DNA of 60,383 nucleotides, filler included, from Perkinsus olseni (Eukaryota): NCBI GenBank assembly GCA_013115125.1. It is 10 parts of 10 records of this genome, joined end to end, with 100 filler letters (N's around TTAATTAATTAA, not from the genome) between each part and the next. Parts side by side here need not be neighbours in the genome. Positions count along the whole stretch, not along the records: positions 36,412 to 42,354 come from JABANN010001149.1; positions 42,455 to 48,379 come from JABANN010001150.1; 8 more parts are not named here. One strand, 5' to 3'. Shown piece by piece: positions 36,412 to 48,161 of this stretch (position 1 is its first letter; each line of letters starts with the position of its first letter). The notes under the pieces were generated by a model. It saw only the letters and a program-made list of their open reading frames with translations, ran no database searches and was not told where the DNA came from. The position numbers and the translations under genes were made by a program.

Positions 36412-39400
36412 TGCCCAGGCTCGCTGATGTGTCGCTTGCGCGACAGTTTATGGTTTTTGGCAAACCCGGCGCCTTACCACCAAGAGGGAATCCTAGTCCA
36501 CAATGGTGCCGAAACATTGTCAACTACGCCATGGTTATCAACCCCGGCTACTATCGTTCCTACAATGATCAATGAACTATCATTGATCCGTGGCCAAGGC
36601 CCTTCCAACGACGGGAAGAACGAAACCAACACTACTAGAAGTCTGGCACCCCCCAAACAGTCTAACGTGGCCAACTACTTGAACCGCTATGCCGAAGATG
36701 AGGACCCTGTGGAGGATGACTCAGGCGACGCACTATCTGGCGGTACCAACGTGGCCAACTACTTGAACCGCTATGCCGAAGATGAGGACCCTGTGGAGGA
36801 TGACTCAGGCGACGCACCATNNNNNNNNNNNNNNNNNNNNNNNNNNNNNNNNNNNNNNNNNNNNNNNNNNNNNNNNNNNNNNNNNNNNNNNNNNNNNNNN
36901 NNNNNNNNNNNNNNNNNNNNACTAACGTGGCCAACTACTTGAACCGCTATGCCGAAGATGAGGACCCTGTGGAGGATGACTCAGGCGACGCACCATCTGG
37001 CGGTACTAACGTGGCCAACTACTTGAACCGCTATGCCGAAGATGAGGACCCTGTGGAGGATGACTCAGGCGACGCACGTGACGGTGAACTACAGGCCCTT
37101 GACAACCTACCACCATGGGAACTACTACAACGAGAATGGTCATACGACGAGAACACACCTCTAGGGCGCGTGATTGTCAGGGCCCCTTGGCGGACCACTG
37201 CCAGACCACCACTAAACTACCGTCAAGCCGCTCAACGCGGGGTTCGATCTACTAGCAGGTTGACGACCACTCAGCAGGATGCCTTTCAGGCTGCACTGGA
37301 CACCTACATTGACCGTAGGTTCTGCGCTGTGGTACAATGCAACAGTGCCGATGACTACAAAAAGAGTCCTCCGTTTGAAGCGTGTCAGAAGGCTTGGGAC
37401 GTTCTCACTAGAGGCACTTGTTATGAAGGCACTACTGTAATGAGACCCAAGCACTACACGCCGGCTCATACGGTGTTTCGAGACCAGCATCCCACTACTC
37501 CATGTCGAATTGTTCTCGACTACCGAGTACTAAACCGGTATCTGCTCCGCGGTGGCCGATCTCAACATGACCTCCAAGGGACCTTACTACAAGTCCGTGG
37601 CTTCAAGTACTTTGTGGCTTCTGATATTTCAAAAGCTTTCTGCCAAATGAAATCGTCACTCTATGATCTGGCCTACACCAACTACACATGCATCGGAGAC
37701 TACACCGTTCTATGGAGCAGCGTTGCCTTTGGTACTACTAGCGCTCCCAATTTCCTAGAGTGTAGTACTCACGACATCTCCCTGGAGGCCGGATCCTTGA
37801 GAAGGTTGGGTGCGTCACTGACTACCAGCACTACAGTTGACTCGAAGCTGTTCAACGATGAGGCCCTGAACGAGATCCTACTAAGACCAAGTCAAGAAGC
37901 CTTTGACTACGTTCGGAGTGGCCCAGCTATACCCCGCAGGCTTACACTCTTGAAGTATGTTGACGACCTCTTCAATGGCGGAGACACTCAGGAACTAGCC
38001 CTCAAGTGTAACAGCTTCTCTCTTCACTTACTAGGCGGCCATGGTTTCAAGGCGGATGCTATCAAAAACGTTCAGTCTTGGACTAAGGCTGCTACTGATG
38101 ACACGTCGCAGAAGTCGCTTCTTGGTTACCACTATCACAACGAGAGCCTCTATGTTGTCTACTCTGGTGACTTCCCCCATGATGTTACTACTAAGCGAGA
38201 AGCCTGCTCTGCCTTGGCTTCCTTATACGACCCATTGGGACTACTACTAGAGTATGACCTAAAAGGTCGACTCATTTGGAGACGCATCTGCGAACAGCAC
38301 AAGGCGTGGTCTGAGACTCTCCACACCAACGTGGCCAACGATGTGAGTGACTGGATCGCCGAGTGCACTATCGCCACTAAAGTTGGTATCCCTCGACACG
38401 TGAGTGTCAACCAACAACCACTACTAGTATGCACCGATGCGTCTTGTGACCTTTGGGGAGTTGATATCCGCTGTACGGATGCCACTACGGTCTCCCCTAG
38501 ACTGCTCAGTCGAGGAGGTGTCTTTCCTAAAGGACAAACTAAGTGGACAATCCCCCGAAAGGAGCTAGTTGCCCTATACAAGGGACTACAACTACTCAAA
38601 GCCATGTCACCATACCTACCGGTGCCTAGTTACTACAAGCCTCATCATGTCCCTCTAGACCCGTTGGCCCCGGTACTAGAAGCTCGTCAAGTTCGGTTAC
38701 TCTGCGACAGTGAGATCACTATCTATCGACTACGCAGACCAGCTAACGATAAACGGCTACCAGCGGTCGAGCGGCGACGTCTGGTCGAGATCCGTAAGCT
38801 CTGTAAAGAGCTAGACGTCATAGTACTACATGTGCCTTCGGCGCTGAACTATGCCGATAGTATCTCACGAGCGAAAGCTCCTGATGACATCAATGGTAGC
38901 GAGGTGTTGAATTCCCTAACAACTACTAAGGTGATCTACGACTACCGAAGCCAACCCGACGAGTTCAATGAGGATTCAGTTGAGTCGAATCCAACTACAA
39001 CACCCTCGGTACTGGCTATTAACGAAGACGGTATTGATCTACCAGAGGCTGGCCCACTACCAGACGACCAACGACAAGAACTCGAGGCCCTCATGAACTA
39101 CGCCAAACCAACTGACCGGATAACTAGTGGGCTTTTTGAAGACTCACAATACACCACGTGCGTCACGCAGTGCGTGTTACGCTCACAACAAGAAGATGAG
39201 GATATCTGTGGACTCAAGGCTATACTACAAGGGACCGCCACTATGTCTCATTTCGGAGTACGTGCTACTCGACTACAACGGCTCGCTAGAGTGTGCTTCC
39301 TAGACGACGACGGCTTACTACGTCGATACCCTGAACCACACCGACTAACGGAGCCTCACAACGATAAGGGGGTCTTATGTTTAGGTAGGAGCTTGTATTC

Positions 39401-41405
39401 CGCATTTCTAGTGCGGGTACTAGCCACGATCCTACACTACTTACATGGTCACCTTGGTACTAAACGAGTACACATTCTGCTGAGACGAGACTATTGGCGG
39501 GACTCCATGTTCAAGTTGGTGCGGCTAACTATAGGATCCTGCGTCCCCTGTCTAAAGGCGCGAGCCACTAGACAGCACAACTATCTGGTTACACAAGTCC
39601 AGACCCTACTGACGGAAGCTTTATGGCAACTAGTTGGTATTGACATAGCCGGCCCCTACGGCAGACAGTCCACTGCTAGCCCCTCGAGCTCTGCTCTCGG
39701 TGACGACTCTGATAAGGATCACTACATACTACTAGTACACGACTATGTGAGCGGCTTTACCGTCGCTCGACCTATGCGGAACTCTAAGTCTACTACGGTC
39801 GCTGCTGTACTAGATAGTATCTTCCTAGAACACGGAAGTCCTGCGGTACTACTTACCGACAATGACCGCACTATCCTGTCTAGTAAAGCTGTCAAGCTCA
39901 TACTAGCGCGGCATGGAACTAAGCACTATCTACTACCTAGCTATTCCTACTACTTGGGATTCTGGGAAAGAGCGCACAAGGATTTTGTGCAGGTTACACG
40001 GGCACTACAATCAAGCCGTCCTATTACTGGCCCAGAAGCTAACACTAGTGTCATGGAGAACGCCTACATCGCCGACTACCTAATTGCCGTCCGAGCCTAC
40101 AACCACACTCCACGACTTTGGGCCAATACTAGTCCGTTTGAACTACACTACGGCTATGCGGGACGACTACCTGGACTACACCCAGAAATGGACAATTCTG
40201 TCGACTGGGACACCCTTAATGTTCGATATTCCACTACCGATATCGTCGACTACGTCCACAAGAATATCCCACTGCTGACAGAAGCTCGTGAGAAGATAGA
40301 AACTACACTAGGTGAATACCTGGAACTATGGCGTATCAAGCAACAGCATCATCTACAACGTTATGCTACTGACAACCCCAATGACTACGACCCCAAACTA
40401 TTCGATCTAGTCTTCACTACTAAACGGTCCGACACCTCCATTGGCAATCATCTCCAAACTTATTGGAGTGGTCCGTACACCATAGTGGAACTACAAGGGT
40501 CGTCAATGGTCAAGGTCATACATGGTATACTATTAGAAGGCGTGGGTGGTGTAGAAGCCGGTCAAGACCGGACTACCGCTATAGTTCCGCTAATTTATGG
40601 TGCCTCTGAGTCCTTCTCGCTCAAGAATGTGGTCCACGCTAGTGCACTACAAGAAACCATACTCAACTACTACCGACGATCTCAAAGAGCCTATCTTGAT
40701 TCAGACGGCACGTTACGGACTATGAAGCTAACTACACCATCACAACCTAATGATGCTACCTTGGCGGCTAGAGCAAGAGACCAAACTGCACTAAGGCACG
40801 CTCGGCATTCGACTACGACTTCGGCCCCATCAGACGAGAATGCCGACGAAGACTCCATGAATGGTGCGGTTGGCTCGGGTACACCAACACAACCAAGTGA
40901 AGAAGGACAACTAGAAGCAGCAGAAGATTGTCAAGAAGCCGACTCCTCTGATTCGCGTACTAGCTGGGCGACTCCTCCCGCTGCAGATGACATCGACGGA
41001 CCCCTCGACGAGGCTGCGGGACTGCCTGAAGCTGGTCATGGAGAAGTCAGCATCACGAAACTACAAGACCACTTTGGGGTGTCGAGGAGACCTATCTTCG
41101 GCATGTTCATGGACTCTATCCCCACTATGGGTTCCGTGGTGGCAAGTACTACTGCTCCTCATATTGGACTAGCGAAGGTGGTTGACGACGCTGTGGGCGA
41201 TGATTATATAAAGCTACAAGCCTTAGACGTTGTGGAAGAGGATGGCATCATAACTACCCCTGAGCTTAGTAACATCGACCCTTACAACGTCGACTATCAT
41301 TCGACTATCTATGTGAGGCCTACCACCTCGACATGGACCAGAACGAGAGGCAAACAGCTACGGGAACTTTTGACTAGTCTCATCACTCTCCTAACAGAAG
41401 CTTAG
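36412..41405 (+). mobile_element. Second BEL/Pao-like LTR retrotransposon pol (RT, RNase H, integrase), 5'-truncated by the scaffold edge
   Basis: CRIVLDY, SDISKAF, FGTTSAP, YVDD, LYDPLG, CTDAS, WTIPRKE, NYADSISR; integrase H-YLHGH...CVPC, VGIDIAGP, LTDN, GFWERAH, WSGPY. Same motif set as the element at 1-5857. Confidence 0.9.
36664..37076 (+). repeat. 84-bp tandem coding repeat (NVANYLNRYAEDEDPVEDDSGDAPSGGT), at least 4 copies around an N gap
   Basis: Units start at 36664, 36748, 36924 and 37008. Confidence 0.92.
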
Positions 41406-41769
41406 GTTCGTGACGCTCTTTGCGTAACGTAAAATGTCTACTTTTTCGTAGCTTACTGCCTTCGTATCGTCCTGTCTATTACTGTTATTTCTTGTACTAT
41501 ATGACTGCCAACTATCCTTTGTAAACCTTTGATAAGTTCACCTACCCACCCTAGTTTGTTCTACTAGCAATAGGTTGATGACTATGTTCTTCTCGTGATT
41601 AGAAGTAGACAACCAGGTTGTGACACTACCTCTGTGCGGACGTGCAATTTGCACGCATGTGCTAGAATGGCATGTTCCTAATCATAGATGGTGTGATCTA
41701 AGACCTTTACTATTACTAGCTCTGATCTATTTGTGCCTAGACTATTAGCGAGAGTTGTTTCCCTCTTAT

Positions 41770-42354
41770 ATGTCGGCAACAGGTAAAGACTTCAACACAG
41801 TTATTGCTGGTTACAAGGCTCTCTCCGACGAGGAACTAGCCGAAGACCCAACTACTAATCTAAGTATTATCACTGAACTCTACAAGGGGTGTGAAGACTA
41901 TGTAGACTACAAGGCCGTCCAAGAAAGACTAGTAAGACTCGCTGCCACTAAGATTGCTAAGGACATTGATCCACTGGCTACAGTCAACGACGACGAATTA
42001 GACGAACTACGTCATAGGTTGTGGCAGAAGGATGCTAACTTAGGCCATATTTCTACTACCACTACATTATCCACTCCTATCGTCGACTACAACTACTCAA
42101 GTGAGGTGCTTGAAGTCAATATTGCCGAGGACAAGGAAGATGGCTTGAGAGCTTCCACTCCTGACTTCCTCAAGCATGGTCTACTAAGGCTGAGGTATAC
42201 CCCTACTATCGCCAACAATGTGCTAACTACTTATGATATGAAACTACAGAAGATTAGACTACGCAATGTTCCAGTGGTTAGCTCGGTGGACGGAGGCCTC
42301 GCTCTATGCGGGGTACCTCACAAATGTAGCGGCCCGAGCGGGGAAGGACCCGCG
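41770..42354 (+). CDS. Additional ORF downstream of pol, truncated at the scaffold end
   Basis: About 195 open codons from MSATGKDF, sharing the strong ACT/CTA bias of the pol ORF. Confidence 0.55.
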
Positions 42355-42454
42355 NNNNNNNNNNNNNNNNNNNNNNNNNNNNNNNNNNNNNNNNNNNNTT
42401 AATTAATTAANNNNNNNNNNNNNNNNNNNNNNNNNNNNNNNNNNNNNNNNNNNN

Positions 42455-43216
42455 GTGTACTTCAATCGCCGTGTACGTCTCAGCTGGGAGGCTAACTGCC
42501 TGTACACGTTCCCTACCACCACCCCTCAAGATTCGATCTTCGGCTTCATCGAAGAGTATAGTATGGATGTGATCCTCCGTGCTCTCGGTCGCCCCTGATG
42601 TCGCAGACACGGCCGCCATATCCGCCGATTGTTGTCGCTCCAGCAGAACACCGTATTCAGTGTAGTTCCAGTGTTTCCGTACATTTCCTTTAATACCAAG
42701 AATAATCCCTAGCTCAGTATCGCAAGCGATGATGTTCCTCGGAGATCTCGCCGATGACGGAGTCTGCAAGTAAAGCCTGGCGAAGAGTTCCTCACCAAAT
42801 TGATGGAGTAGAGTAGTGGTTCCAGAGGAGCCATGAAAGCACTTGGGTTGCCTTCGGATTGACAAGGACCCGAATCGTCGCAAAGAACGCACGTTGCGGG
42901 GCTCGTACCATACCAAACCAACCTCTCCGAGACTAGCAATTGCCCACAGTGTACTGCTGCTGAAAGGTTCACCATGTAGGCCTTCCGCATAGAACTTGGC
43001 TACCTGGCCATGCAAACCGTCGGTAACCACCATGTCGAAGCCAGTAAGCCTAGGAAGGTCGGGGCAAATGACGTTCCCATCCTGTATAACCGCGCTGTAC
43101 TTCCCCGCGGGGAGGTCCCCAGGCTTAACATATGACGGACCGGCTCGCATCTTTCTGTCGGCGGTTGCATACACTGTGCCCGCGAGGGAACAACACAGAA
43201 GAAGAGATGCTTTCAT
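42455..43216 (-). CDS. Lineage-specific secreted protein, 3'-truncated
   Basis: Signal-like MKASLLLCCSLAGTVYATA; domain pattern GKY...L..F.MVV...CF...IIAC resembles the ORFs at 51480-53424. Confidence 0.6.
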
Positions 43217-43696
43217 TGTTAAGGGCCGCACAAGACTTCCTGCAACTAGACTGCCAACCCGGAAATGACACTTTTGGAGCTACTCAGGGGCGATGTCGAT
43301 TGGAAATTCCAATTTGGAATAATGGCAAAATTATCAGTAGCGCGCCCAGTTGGAACACTCGAAAAGTTTTCCGGGTGGTGGTGGTGATAGCCGGGTAAAT
43401 CCAGGCGGAATGGCGAGGATTTAAAGAAAGTGATATCAGATAATGACAACGCGAGAAGAAGATTGAAGGAAGTTCACCTTGCTAAGGCAGTCTCAGCACT
43501 CGCCTCACGTTCTTAACAAGAACTTCTTGTCGCTCGAGGTACTTTGATAATATCAAAGTATTGAGAGAGAAGAAGTGGGTCCCTCAAGGACTCAGCACAA
43601 CACTGGTCATATAAAGTCCGGAGAGGGGAGAAAACAGAGGCCGGGGACATACAGACTCATCACAGGGAAGTAATTTTCGTCGAGAATGGAAACTCT

Positions 43697-44896
43697 TCAA
43701 GAAAGATCCTGATTTCCGACTAAGTCGGACCGACTTGCCTCTAGTGGCTGATCGGCTCCGTGCAACTCTGCCTTTTGGTTGTCTTGTGAATTTTTCTTGG
43801 GCACTGGAAATCCCTGCTCTCCGCGTATCGTCATCGTATTTGAACCGAGTTCAACTCGGTGCGGAGAGCTGGTGCGGTGTGAGAGCGGGATTGCGTCTGA
43901 GTGTCCTATATCCGAGTTTGGGTAATTAGCTCGTGCGAGAAGAGTTATCTGCAAAGGAACGTGTCGGTGCTTCCAAATGAACCATATGGAACGGCCTAAA
44001 CGGATAGGAAGGGCGGAAAGCGTAGTTTCAGAGGGTGAAAGTCCGCTACTTACAGTCATGACGAGCGTGTTGAGATCAACGCCTGCCCGTGTGGCGTTAT
44101 TGATAACCTCCTCAGCAAAAAAACGATCTGTGTTGAAAGTCGAGATCTCTTCAAAGTAGCTCGGTCCTATGGTGACCAAGTAAGTGTCCGCTATCTTCCC
44201 CAATCCGTTATCGTTAACTTTCTGCCACTCAGCACTCGAAAACCTACGATCCGTCATCGAAGAACAAGCACACCTCGATCAGAATGAGGCGAGAAGAATC
44301 ATTCTCGAGTGCGGAGGTTACAAGTCTAACGAAGGCTTACCATAGTGAAGACTCTTCACTGAAGAGAGAAGGCTCAGTTCCTTGATGCCTTGAAGACTTC
44401 TTCAAGAAATGGAATCGAAGCGAACCCTTCGGTTAATAGCTGAAAGCCGTCCACAGGGAAGTCCTTGGTGAACATGGCCGCGCTCTCGAGAAAGGCTGCC
44501 TTGTCGAAACTTTCCTCGCCGTATCCTCTCAAGTCGGCCAGTATCCTCCCTCCTACTTTATCCACTTGCTTCCTCAACACCTCGAATCCTGTCTTATTCC
44601 AAGAGGCGTGGTACCCGAAATGTAATGTAATTCTGCTTGCTCTGATGGCGTATCCTTCGAGCGCGAATGTTCTCACGCCAATGTTGATAACCGGAATAGT
44701 AGTCCCAGGTGTAATTGGCTTCATCGGGCCACACAGTGTAACACGTCGGTGCTTCTTTGATGAACCACGGGTCTTTGATTGCCTTGTAGAGCTCTGGGTG
44801 GTTATTGATAGAAGAGCCAAATTCGGTTTTTCTCTGAGAGGTAGCCACGCCCAGGGAGCACAGTGGCAGGAGCTGCAGGATGGTCCTAATGAGCAA
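43697..44896 (-). pseudogene. Secreted GH18/chitinase-like fold protein with frameshift and degenerate catalytic motif
   Basis: Signal peptide MLIRTILQLLPLCSLGVATS; frame change near 44665; GGRILADL...FLESAAMFTKDFPVDGFQLLTE aligns loosely to the GH18 FDGxDxDWE strand; later exon ADTYLVT. Confidence 0.4.
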
Positions 44897-46072
44897 CGGA
44901 GGTTGCGGAACTGCCGACTACGGAGGCAGACCGTTGGGTAGGTTATCTAGGGCGATGCTCTATGGGCCCGTAGTATGGGCCAGCAGGAGCTTAGCGCAGC
45001 TTGTTCTCCTCAAGTGCGTTGTTTCTGTGCTGGTCCAGTTATGGAGCGAGTTCAGGGCCGTATAGAGTCAATCAAGAAGCATGGGAATAGTGCTCGGAGA
45101 CCTCCTCGTGGTTATTCCCGGAAACTCGTCGGATAAGGCTGCTACGGTTGTTGTTAAGGCATTATCGTAGCGGTTCTGCTTCGACGAGGCTGACAGCCGA
45201 GCTTTGTCTTTGGGGGGTTTGTTTTCTCAGCTTCCCCGGCCTTTACTTCTCTTCGTGTGATGACCACCTCCCCTTCTGTCTTCCGCGACCTACCGTGACC
45301 ATTTGGCTGCGCGGCGGTCGCACTGCGGCCCCTCAGTGTCTCGCATGCATGCGGAGCAGGATACTGGTACTACGACGGGGGGATTCTGCGGGGTGAGTTA
45401 GCTCGAAACGTGTGCGCGGTGCGCGGCATAGTCGGTTGGAAAGCGACGGGTGTGCCGAGTCGGCAGAAGTATTCTAGCTCCGCAGAGCACTACTCTCTTG
45501 TATCTTCTCGGGGACAGCAAACGATCCAGAGTCTGGGCCCCGGGGTCTCGATTATGGATTTGGTCTTGGTATGGAGTCGATGGTTCGAGGCAATGGTTGG
45601 AGGGAGGCATCGTGCCTTCCTTGCCTCAGGCATGATACCGAGTCCAGCCATCATCTTTCTCAATGAGACGTGTCCGTCGCCAGTCAATCGCAGAAGTATG
45701 ACTCAATTGCGCGCGCGCCGCCTGCCCCCCTCCAATGTTGTATTTTGACGCAGGCTAACACTATACGGAGTGTACGATTTCAACATTGGAGAGGGGGGCG
45801 AGGGGAGCTACATTTGACTATACCCATGTTTTTTCACTCCTCCTGACTCACTTTTGCGTTTGACTGCAGTTGGGGCGGTGGAGACGGCTGAAGTATGACG
45901 CGTTCTCTCGGGCATGATGGTTGAGGGGGCTCGGCAAGAGTACTAAAAGGCAGGGGAACACGAGTAAACGCAACAAAACACTACTCATGGTCAAACTATT
46001 GTAGTACTAGTAGTAATACTCTGCTACTGGGTACATATCATGCGAACGGACGGAAAGAATCACACTACACAG

Positions 46073-47314
46073 CTAAGCATCAGTGGGACTGTTGTTCGAA
46101 AGTATAGTTTTAGCGAAACAGGCGCCACATCCTGGGAGATCTTTACGGCACGATATGTCAATGGGATTGGTCAGGTAGAGCCAGCGGAACCTCTGGTTAA
46201 GCATCTCGTTATCATCTGGGCTCAAATCCTTACAGTTGAATCTCCCAGGCACCGTGATGATTACGGGTGCATCGTTTTTGTAAGTAGCATCACACTTGGT
46301 GCTACTCTTGGGTAGAGCAATCGTGATTTCTTCTTTGCCTTCGAAGAAAGGCAGGGCATCACAGAGAGCAAATCCCGTTTGTCTTGGGTGGTAGCGAAAA
46401 TCATCGAGAATGAACAACTCAACGTCTTTGTCAAGCAAAATCGCCAGGGGATAGCTACCAGAAGAAAGAGAGCAAGTGCGATAGATCTCAGATAAATGTC
46501 GTACTAAATACGTCTTCGCACAGCCGCTAGGGCCAGCTATAGCCAGATTCCAATTTCGGCTTCGGCCAGCCTTGAGCAGATTAATGATGGCAGAAGAAAA
46601 GCGAGAGATTTGCACACCGTTACGGGCCAAAATTTCCATCAGGGCTGTCTCTGTAACTCCGTCGCATAGGCAGTCGGCCTGGGCAGCCTTGTGTAGTTTG
46701 TCTAAACGACTCTGATTGCCGAGTGTAGCTTCTTGGGCGGCATCTCCCATGGCCCAGACTCTAGCGAGAAGACTTTTTACAGGCTCCTTCTGATTGAGAA
46801 TGTATTCTTTAACCCTTTTCTCTTGGTGAGCAGCAGCCAAAAAAGCACGCTCGGTGCGCAGCCTTTTAGCCACTATCCATGATGAAATATCGCTGAGTCT
46901 TCTAATCCGGCAAGACTGTCCCGTTTCTTCGTTATTGTCGGTGGTGGTCGACTCCAATAATGATGGCTTGCTTGTTATGGGGGGATGACCAGCACTTAGA
47001 TATGGGTTAGGGTCAGTTTTGGTGGAATAACTGTAGCTGCTCAGGTAACTTCGGAAAGGCCGGAAGTTAGTAAGAAAGCCCCGATCTCTTAGAAATTTGG
47101 CTAAGGCTGGCCAACGATGACGTCTGGCGGCACAAGTAGACACATGAAAATGTAGTCCGCCATCATTACAGTGCTGTTCACAGCAGACACAGTAGAAACT
47201 CAAAGGGATATTATGATGAGAGAACGCTTCTTCAATCTCCGTTCCGAATGCCTCTTTGCTCACATGTACCCCCGGGAGCATGCCCACCGTGCGTGGTCTT
47301 GCCCAAGTGATCAA
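46073..47314 (-). CDS. rep: CRESS-DNA-virus-like rolling-circle Rep (HUH endonuclease + SF3 helicase), endogenous
   Basis: Motif I LITW, motif II EQHCNDGGLHFHV, motif III YSYSTKTD, Walker A GPSGCAKT, Walker B ILDDF, motif C IIT, Arg-finger region LNQRF, C-terminal CGAC. Confidence 0.85.
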   Translation of the reverse strand: MITWARPRTVGMLPGVHVSKEAFGTEIEEAFSHHNIPLSFYCVCCEQHCNDGGLHFHVSTCAARRHRWPALAKFLRDRGFLTNFRPFRSYLSSYSYSTKTDPNPYLSAGHPPITSKPSLLESTTTDNNEETGQSCRIRRLSDISSWIVAKRLRTERAFLAAAHQEKRVKEYILNQKEPVKSLLARVWAMGDAAQEATLGNQSRLDKLHKAAQADCLCDGVTETALMEILARNGVQISRFSSAIINLLKAGRSRNWNLAIAGPSGCAKTYLVRHLSEIYRTCSLSSGSYPLAILLDKDVELFILDDFRYHPRQTGFALCDALPFFEGKEEITIALPKSSTKCDATYKNDAPVIITVPGRFNCKDLSPDDNEMLNQRFRWLYLTNPIDISCRKDLPGCGACFAKTILSNNSPTDA

Positions 47315-47954
47315 AAGTATCGGGAATAATCAGGGGAGCGCCTTGGGGCAGCCGAAACCACTGGCAACTCCGGTACCGGTTCCTGAAACAAACACAACAG
47401 GTGGAAGCCAAAGCGCTCGAATCAGAACCATATGCCATAGGTTCGCCCCGCTCACCTGGATATCGGCCGTGGAGCCCTCGATGGGCGAATATACGGTAGG
47501 GTTTATGGCCATGAAGCACATTCATGTAAGCAGCCTTCTCAGCCTTGCTCCTTTCGGCTAGATCTTCTCCTTAAACGCAGACCCTCTCTGCGCTCGAGAA
47601 AGAGATGCGCACGACATTGATAGACTATGTTTCACTCGAGGCCGACGTTCTGGGGAAAGCTTCTCAGGGTGATGTTGAACTCACTGAAACGGGGGCTCTA
47701 GCTGAACGACAAGTGAGGAGATCCTTCCTCCCTGCCAGTCCGTCACTCCCGTCTGCTTCAGTATAACGCTGGCACTTTGGGTATTCGTCGATCGAAGCGA
47801 AGCGTCGATAATACTGATCGAGACGGTAAAGGCGTTTTCCTTATGGATACGTCTCGATCTGATGATGATGAAGAAGATTTACTGGCATCTTCAATATTGG
47901 GTACGACATTACCGCCGCGGCGGCAGTGCCGCCGTTCTCGCGCTCCTGTGAGTA

Positions 47955-48161
47955 TTTCCCATCAGGCTCTCACTGGCACCCTTCTACGACTCCACTGGTA
48001 TAATGTATTACTACAACTTCACCACCGGGGAGAAGATGCGACGATCCCCTGTGGACCCCAGCGCCCCTGGCAAAGGCGATGATGATGAAACCAATGACGA
48101 TGATGATAGTGATGATGACGATGATAAGTCTTCGTCACAGGGAATTGCGGCTGTTGTGTGA
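47955..48161 (+). CDS. 3' end of a host gene with a WW-like motif and acidic tail
   Basis: PFYDSTGIMYYYNFTTGEK...DDDETNDDDDSDDDDDKSSSQGIAAVV*. Confidence 0.35.
   Translation, partial: FPIRLSLAPFYDSTGIMYYYNFTTGEKMRRSPVDPSAPGKGDDDETNDDDDSDDDDDKSSSQGIAAVV

Noticed and set aside
36664-37076. Repeat array as a possible CRISPR
   Set aside because: Contiguous in-frame coding repeats with no unique spacers; eukaryotic context and no cas genes.
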